Positions 53,059-58,127 of a DNA stretch of 58,127 nucleotides are shown one piece after another. The translations under genes and the position numbers were made by a program. Source of the stretch: a virus; IMG/VR virus record IMGVR_UViG_3300038406_000088, positions 1 through 58,127 of that record; one strand, 5' to 3'. How positions within the stretch are numbered: the stretch's first letter is position 1; every line of letters starts with the position of its first letter. The notes under the pieces were generated by a model. It saw only the letters and a program-made list of their open reading frames with translations, was not told where the DNA came from and searched no databases.

Positions 53059-53640
53059 TCACGCGAACATGTCATCCTCGGGCGCCAGCGGCACGATGTC
53101 CTCGAACCGTTCGAGTACGCGGTCAATCGACTTGTCGACAGCGGCAGCGGCACGAAACGCGATGGCGTTCGGGAGCGGAATCTTCGGCGGGTGCCCGTTC
53201 TTGCTCTTGACGTAGAGCGATTTGAGGACTTCAAGCGCGTCCGGCGTCCACGTGGTCGACACCCGCTGGTCCTCACCGGGGATCGTGGACTTGCCGATGG
53301 TGAGTACCAGGAACATCGGAACGTTGTCGTCAGTGTTCACGCCCATGATCGCCACGTCGGCCCAACGGCACGCGGAGCACGTCTGGCCACGCGGCAGCAC
53401 CGTACCCGGCATGTGTCCATTGTGGGTTCCGTTCCGATGACGAGAGGACCCGAAGCCCAGTACTCGGCCGGTGAACGCCTGACCGGAAACGGTGAAGTCC
53501 TTCACGGTGGGGTCATCGAACTCGCACTCTTCGGCGGCGAACTCCGCGAACTCGTCCGAAACAACGTCCAGAGTTCCTTCGCCATTGTCCCAACCCTTGA
53601 CGGTAGCCTCGCGCGTCTCGTCATCTCGGTACACATCCAT
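53059..53640 (-). CDS. hypothetical protein
   Basis: Start at MDVYRDDE. Acidic N-terminus. Confidence 0.55.
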   Translation of the reverse strand: MDVYRDDETREATVKGWDNGEGTLDVVSDEFAEFAAEECEFDDPTVKDFTVSGQAFTGRVLGFGSSRHRNGTHNGHMPGTVLPRGQTCSACRWADVAIMGVNTDDNVPMFLVLTIGKSTIPGEDQRVSTTWTPDALEVLKSLYVKSKNGHPPKIPLPNAIAFRAAAAVDKSIDRVLERFEDIVPLAPEDDMFA

Positions 53641-53641
53641 G

Positions 53642-53782
53642 CTAGTTCTCCTCATCTTCGTGTCGTTCGTCGGTTTCGTACCAGTCGTCCTGGTGAGATT
53701 CGCGCGCCGCTACGGCAAGGTGTTCCCGGATCGCCTTGAGGACCGCAGGGTCCTCATACATCCCCATGTCAGTGTTGCTCAT
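53642..53782 (-). CDS. hypothetical acidic protein (46 aa)
   Basis: Hand-read ORF with a GAAGGGA ribosome-binding site. First gene of the leftward replication-side operon. Confidence 0.4.
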   Translation of the reverse strand: MSNTDMGMYEDPAVLKAIREHLAVAARESHQDDWYETDERHEDEEN

Positions 53783-53833
53783 GGTGTGTCCCTTCATCAT
53801 CTTTCGATCTTCTCAATCGTGTCGGTAGTTGCA

Positions 53834-53907
53834 AGGCCGGATCGCTTCCCTCGCCCAGGCATGAGCACTGTTAGTAGTTAGTTCGTAACTTCTAATCGAT
53901 CCGGCCT
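53834..53907. repeat. 11-bp inverted repeat AGGCCGGATCG/CGATCCGGCCT flanking a 52-bp AT-rich spacer
   Basis: Read directly in the divergent intergenic region 53783-53972. Confidence 0.8.
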
Positions 53908-53972
53908 CGCTACGCAACACTAGCACATGGTGTAAGCTGGTGGAACAACGACCAACGATGAAAGGATGCAGT

Positions 53973-54857
53973 GTGGCTACAGTCCCATTCTCAGATACAA
54001 GTGCAGGCGGGCAGGCTCCCAGCGCGGGAGCGGTGGCATACGCGTGCTCGCAACTCGGTTTCAAGGTGTTTCCTTTGGTACCGAACTCGAAGAGGCCAGC
54101 GATTGAGGGCTGGAAGGCGAAAGCCACGTCCGACCTTGACCAGATTCGAGAGTGGTGGGCCGGTGGCGAGTTCACCGGCTGCCCGGTCGGCATCGCCACC
54201 GGCCCTGGCTCGGGCGTGTGGATCTTGGACATTGATACCAAGCACGGGATCAACGGATTCGAGGTGTTCCACGACCTCGCGAAGGCGAACGGCGCTGGCG
54301 TCGAAGAGTTCACCCGAACCATGACCGTAGCCACTCCCTCAGGTGGGGCTCACCTGTATTTCCGGTGGGACGAGACAGCGGACGCCGAAGGCGGCGTGCG
54401 CAGCGACTCGTCCGGTCACCTGGCACCAAACCTGGATGTGAAGGGCATCGGAGGACTCGTGAAAGCTCCCGGCTGCGGCGGCTACCAAATCGTTCCCAGG
54501 GGCGGCATTCGGAGTACCGTTATCACCCCCGCTCCCGAGTGGCTGGTGAAGCTCACGCGCAAGCCGCCCGCCGAGCAGTACGCCAACGAGCCGCAGTATG
54601 AACCAGGCAGCAACGCCGCTGAGCGCGAAGCGAACCGCATCCTTGACCGCATGGGGGAAGCGGCTCCCGGCACCCGCAACAAGGCGCTGAACCTGGCGTC
54701 GTACCTCCTCGGGAAGACCGGCGTCATGAGCAGGGATGAGGCTTGGAGACAAGTTCGGACCACCATGTTCTCCATTGGCGCGAACGACAGTGAGGCGGCT
54801 CAGCGGCAGTCTTTCGAGTCCGCTTGGGCGTCGGGAGTGCGGGACCGGAACGTGTGA
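53973..54857 (+). CDS. bifunctional primase-polymerase (Prim-Pol)
   Basis: FPL.PNSKRP, GVWILDIDTKHG and TPSGGAHLYF motifs. GTG start after a GAAAGGA ribosome-binding site. Confidence 0.7.
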   Translation: MATVPFSDTSAGGQAPSAGAVAYACSQLGFKVFPLVPNSKRPAIEGWKAKATSDLDQIREWWAGGEFTGCPVGIATGPGSGVWILDIDTKHGINGFEVFHDLAKANGAGVEEFTRTMTVATPSGGAHLYFRWDETADAEGGVRSDSSGHLAPNLDVKGIGGLVKAPGCGGYQIVPRGGIRSTVITPAPEWLVKLTRKPPAEQYANEPQYEPGSNAAEREANRILDRMGEAAPGTRNKALNLASYLLGKTGVMSRDEAWRQVRTTMFSIGANDSEAAQRQSFESAWASGVRDRNV

Positions 54858-54884
54858 TAGGATGCTTGCTAAGGAGGTGACGCA

Positions 54885-55064
54885 ATGAGCGAAGAGAAGA
54901 TCACCGTTCGCATGGATCGGTCCTCGTGGAACCAGATCACCCGTGACCTGGAAAAGTTCTACGCCATGGATGTCGAAGAAACGGAAGTCTGGGAATCCGT
55001 CGAGATCAAGCGCGACGACGACACCTGGTCTTCACCGGCCGAGGATTGGAAGATCGGCCTATGA
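54885..55064 (+). CDS. hypothetical protein (59 aa)
   Basis: AAGGAGGTGA ribosome-binding site. Hand-read ORF. Confidence 0.5.
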   Translation: MSEEKITVRMDRSSWNQITRDLEKFYAMDVEETEVWESVEIKRDDDTWSSPAEDWKIGL

Positions 55065-55228
55065 ACAAGGAACAACGCGTCGAACGCGCACGAACAGCTG
55101 CCGCTGCAAGGTGGGCAGGCAAGACCAGCGCCGACAAGCGGAAACAACGCCTGGTCATGCTCGAAGCGCAGGCCGAAAACCTCGGGTATCGGCTGGTGCC
55201 CGTTGACGACGACACGAAAGAGGACTGA
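55061..55228 (+). CDS. hypothetical basic protein
   Basis: ATGA overlap. Start at MNKEQRVERA. Confidence 0.45.
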   Translation: MNKEQRVERARTAAAARWAGKTSADKRKQRLVMLEAQAENLGYRLVPVDDDTKED

Positions 55229-55231
55229 ACG

Positions 55232-55450
55232 ATGAAGCGTGAACTCAGCGGTTCGCCCGACTGCCAGAACTACGGGTACACACCCGACCCGTGCTCTCCG
55301 AACTGCACAGTGGCCCGATGCGCGGCCAGCGACCCGTACCTGTACCCGGACCCCGCTGTGAACGGGTGGGATGATCGGACCATGTTCGGCACGGACGGCT
55401 ACTCGACCCCCGACACCGTTCGCGGTGCCGACTGGAAGAAAGAGGACTAG
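55232..55450 (+). CDS. hypothetical protein
   Basis: 72-aa ORF. Confidence 0.5.
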   Translation: MKRELSGSPDCQNYGYTPDPCSPNCTVARCAASDPYLYPDPAVNGWDDRTMFGTDGYSTPDTVRGADWKKED

Positions 55451-55453
55451 AAG

Positions 55454-55615
55454 ATGGCACTCTGGCACAACCGACAGCCCAACCCCGAACGCAACGAACC
55501 CACCACCCGCACTTCACGAGACAACTGCACCGCAAGGCGCGATTCACAGCGGGAAACACGCACCGACAACGCGCAGAAAGACATGAAGCGCAAACCGTTC
55601 GAAGAGGGGCGCTGA
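55454..55615 (+). CDS. hypothetical basic protein (53 aa)
   Basis: Hand-read ORF that fills the gap before 55617. Confidence 0.35.
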   Translation: MALWHNRQPNPERNEPTTRTSRDNCTARRDSQRETRTDNAQKDMKRKPFEEGR

Positions 55616-55616
55616 C

Positions 55617-55943
55617 ATGACCACCAAAATGACCGACACCCAACGGCAGGACATGCGTCGTGAAATCGTCCTGCGCGAGATCAACCAAGGAGCGCTCGCG
55701 GGGATGCCCAGCGACATCACCGCTTCCGCTGCCGATCTCGTCTTGAACGCACTTGACGCTTTCGACAACTGGTCACGCGACACATGCCCTCGTGATCTCA
55801 TCGAAGCCGAAGCGCTGGAACTCCAGGCGATCATCTACCAGGCCACGCCTGGCCGCAAGACGACGTACGGGGATGTCGCTCACCAGCTTTCCGAGCACGC
55901 ACGCCTGGCACGTGAAGACCATGCCGAATCCCTGAGCTCATAG
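55617..55943 (+). CDS. hypothetical protein
   Basis: 108-aa ORF. Confidence 0.55.
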   Translation: MTTKMTDTQRQDMRREIVLREINQGALAGMPSDITASAADLVLNALDAFDNWSRDTCPRDLIEAEALELQAIIYQATPGRKTTYGDVAHQLSEHARLAREDHAESLSS

Positions 55944-55950
55944 GCAGCAA

Positions 55951-55980
55951 GAAACCCCCGGGTGTGAGCCCGGGGGTTTC
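55951..55980 (+). terminator. hairpin terminator
   Basis: GAAACCCCCGGG-6 nt-CCCGGGGGTTTC forms a 12-bp stem. Confidence 0.65.
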
Positions 55981-56032
55981 CCATCCCGCTGTACTTCATG
56001 CGTCGACTGCAACGACAACGAAAGGAACGTAC

Positions 56033-57688
56033 GTGGACAACGATACCACGCCATCGAACAACGGCAACATGGGCAAAATGAGCGAATTGGACCTGCAACA
56101 ATACATGCTCGGGGAACTCGCACCGAAGCAGCCCGCCGAACCCGTGCCCACCAGCACCGGTGGTGACCAGCTCACCATGACCCCTGACGGGCATCTCACC
56201 ACGCACATCACCATCCCTGACACGCTCAAACTCCTCCCTCGGTGCCTCGACTTCGGCGAGCCCGTTCCTGGACCCCACAGGCCGGGAGCGGTCGCGCGTC
56301 TCATCGCGCACATGCTCGCCGATGACGAGGGTGTGCACCTCAGGCACTGGAGGGACGGTTGGTACATCTGGCGGGACCAGCGAACCGGAGGGCGATACCG
56401 ACCCTTCGGGCAGGTCGACAACAAGTACGCCGTTCCCGACATGGTTCGTGCGCTCATGGACAACGCCACCTATCAGCACGAGACGCAGCGAAAAGGCGTA
56501 GAGGTCAAAGACTGGGACCCCAACAACCGGAGTGTCAAAGAGGTCACCGACGCTCTCGCCGCTGCCTCTCGCCCCGATGAGACCATGTCCGCAGGAACGT
56601 GGATCGGCAACGACGCCGCGACGCGGGAACTCGAAACACCAGGCAACGAGGTCACCTGCGTCGCCAACGGGTTGCTGTGGTGTCCCACGTCCGGAGGCGC
56701 GGACGCTCGCCAGCTCATGCCGCACACACCCGCGTTCTTCACCGATGCCGCCGTGGCCGTCGACTACGATCCCGAAGCCGAATGCCCGCTGTGGCTGAAA
56801 TTCCTGGACGAGCTGTGGCCTGACGACCACGCCTCGCAGCGGCTCCTGCAGGAATGGTTCGGATACGTCCTCACACGCTCGACATCGCTGCAGAAGATCC
56901 TGGTCCTTGTCGGGCCGCGCCGTTGCGGCAAGGGGACAGCCGCGTGGGTGCTTGAGGAACTGCTCGGCGGTCGCAGCGAAGTCGACCATCCGCTCATGTC
57001 CACGTTCGGCGACAAGTACGGGCTGTCTAACATGCTCGGGAAGCGCCTTGCCATCTTCGGTGACGCGCGCATGGAGAAGTCCGAGGCGTCGATCGTGGAA
57101 AAGCTCCTCATGATCTCGGGTGAGGACCCCGTGACCGTGGAACGCAAGTACCTCTCGCCGGTCATCACCAAACTCGACGTGCGTCTCATGATCATGTCCA
57201 ACTCCATGCCCGACCTCAGAGACACCACGGGCGCGCTGGCCGGTCGATTCCTGCCGCTGCCCATCAGGATCGAAGGGTTCTACGGCAAGGAGGACCGAAA
57301 CCTGAAGCACAAGCTCGGGTCGGAACTCACCGGCATTCTCAACTGGGCGCTGGAAGGCGCGGACCGGCTGTGGGCCAACGACGGGAAGTTCACCGTGGGG
57401 GAGAACGTTAAGGACGCCATGAGCAAGGCCGACCGTTCCGGTAGCCCGCTTAAGGCGTTCGTCATGGATCGGCTTGTGTTCGAGGCGGGCTCCGCAGCCA
57501 CCAAGGACAGCGTGTACTGGGCTTACGAGGCGTGGTGCGAGGCGGAGGGATACCACAAGAAGGGCAAAAACGTGTTCTTCCGGGAACTGTTCGCCATCTA
57601 CCCGAGCCAGCTCGGCGACGGGAGGCACACGATCCAGGGGAAGCAGCAGACGGTGCTCACCGGGGCGTATCTTAGCTCCGAATTCTGA
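56033..57688 (+). CDS. P4/D5-type primase-associated SF3 helicase
   Basis: Walker A GPRRCGKGT and Walker B-like LAIFGDARME. GTG start after a GAAAGGAA ribosome-binding site, downstream of the hairpin. Confidence 0.7.
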   Translation: MDNDTTPSNNGNMGKMSELDLQQYMLGELAPKQPAEPVPTSTGGDQLTMTPDGHLTTHITIPDTLKLLPRCLDFGEPVPGPHRPGAVARLIAHMLADDEGVHLRHWRDGWYIWRDQRTGGRYRPFGQVDNKYAVPDMVRALMDNATYQHETQRKGVEVKDWDPNNRSVKEVTDALAAASRPDETMSAGTWIGNDAATRELETPGNEVTCVANGLLWCPTSGGADARQLMPHTPAFFTDAAVAVDYDPEAECPLWLKFLDELWPDDHASQRLLQEWFGYVLTRSTSLQKILVLVGPRRCGKGTAAWVLEELLGGRSEVDHPLMSTFGDKYGLSNMLGKRLAIFGDARMEKSEASIVEKLLMISGEDPVTVERKYLSPVITKLDVRLMIMSNSMPDLRDTTGALAGRFLPLPIRIEGFYGKEDRNLKHKLGSELTGILNWALEGADRLWANDGKFTVGENVKDAMSKADRSGSPLKAFVMDRLVFEAGSAATKDSVYWAYEAWCEAEGYHKKGKNVFFRELFAIYPSQLGDGRHTIQGKQQTVLTGAYLSSEF

Positions 57689-57720
57689 CTACGCAGAGTG
57701 ACGAAAACGGGGGTCGGTAC

Positions 57721-57763
57721 CTTGCAGGGATCGGGGGTCGATCCCTGCAAGCTATCCCTGCAA
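57721..57763. repeat. 13-bp-arm palindrome CTTGCAGGGATCG/CGATCCCTGCAAG plus one further ATCCCTGCAA
   Basis: Read directly. Confidence 0.9.
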
Positions 57764-57856
57764 GTTGGGGTGTTTGGCTTCAGAGAGTTATCGATTCTAA
57801 GCTGTATGTGTTGTACTGAAAAGACTACATAGCGTAGTCGAGCTGATTTTGGGGCC

Positions 57857-57942
57857 TTGCAGGGATGCTTGCAGGGATACTGCAGGGATGCTTGCAGGGA
57901 TAAAACACCCTCTGACCTGGTACTTGCAGGGATTGCAGGGAT
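57857..57942. repeat. six TTGCAGGGAT repeats (one is CTGCAGGGAT)
   Basis: Copies start at 57857, 57869, 57880, 57892, 57924 and 57933. The first four are spaced 11-12 bp apart. Confidence 0.9.
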
Positions 57943-58000
57943 AAAACCTAACCAGTTCAGGAGTGTGTAAATATACAGTGTACGGAGTAGTGTTGTTCTG

Positions 58001-58127
58001 TATAGAGAGAACAATGCAAAGTATCCCTGCAATCCCTGCAATCCCTGCAAGGCGAAGCCCGAAATCCGGTTACAGAAAGTGAGAATTTTGCCGTGGCGAT
58101 TCGAGATCTACGACAGCAGATGCCCGT
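58001..58127. repeat. terminal overlap identical to 1-127
   Basis: Exact 127-bp identity with the window start. Confidence 0.9.
58023..58050. repeat. three tandem inverted-orientation copies (ATCCCTGCAA-TCCCTGCAA-TCCCTGCAA)
   Basis: Read directly. They follow the roughly 37% GC stretch at 57961-58020. Confidence 0.9.

Noticed and set aside
57598-58050. 150-aa minus-strand ORF crossing the repeat array (MQGLQGLQG...)
   Set aside because: Its sequence is simply the translation of the TTGCAGGGA repeats and AT-rich DNA. It has no ribosome-binding site, and it runs through a region better explained as non-coding.
57721-58050. CRISPR array
   Set aside because: The repeats are only 9-10 bp, occur in both orientations, have irregular or no spacers, and there are no cas genes apart from a stand-alone Cas4-type nuclease in the recombination module.
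1-58127. Temperate lifestyle (integrase, immunity repressor, ParABS)
   Set aside because: No ORF shows tyrosine or serine recombinase motifs or ParA/ParB motifs. The excisionase-type HTH protein and the tRNA-like fragment alone are not enough to call lysogeny.

Overview
This window is a complete, circularly assembled tailed-phage genome. The first and last 127 bp are identical, leaving about 58.0 kb of unique sequence. It is high-GC and looks actinobacterial: a WhiB gene, TTGnnn-N17/18-TAnnnT promoters, frequent GTG/TTG starts and 1-4 nt gene overlaps. No LysB, integrase or repressor is recognisable.

Layout:
- 93-1237 (+): a hypothetical gene and an HNH endonuclease.
- 1389-6250 (-): small early genes ending in a SprT-like peptidase.
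- 6381-9212 (+): small genes.
- 9251-11743: an HNH gene, the large terminase (TerL), and a small HNH gene.
- 12591-14099: a lysis cassette, unusually placed between terL and portal.
- 14108-36944 (+): the virion module. It holds portal, a MuF/protease fusion, major capsid, a second capsid-like gene, a putative major tail protein, connectors, -1 frameshifted tail chaperones, tape measure and minor tail/fibre genes. It is interrupted at 21603-25493 by a sulfotransferase / HNH / glycosyltransferase / methyltransferase x2 / glycosyltransferase island.
- 36928-53782 (-): WhiB, an FtsK-like translocase, membrane proteins, a tRNA-like RNA element, a winged-helix protein, an SSB-like protein, an AAA ATPase, a Cas4-type nuclease, an SNF2 helicase, a RuvC-like resolvase, DNA polymerase I, an HNH gene and many tiny genes.
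- 53973-57688 (+): Prim-Pol and a P4/D5-type helicase.

The most unusual signals are:
- dense alternating-GC motif patches written into the FtsK-like gene and the neighbouring membrane-protein gene;
- a highly structured intergenic element and a tRNA-like leader/ncRNA next to them;
- a 20-nt exact repeat linking that region to the tail-chaperone gene;
- an array of TTGCAGGGAT repeats around the AT-richest part of the genome;
- the virion-modification island.

All calls come from reading the sequence and ORF translations. No database search was run.
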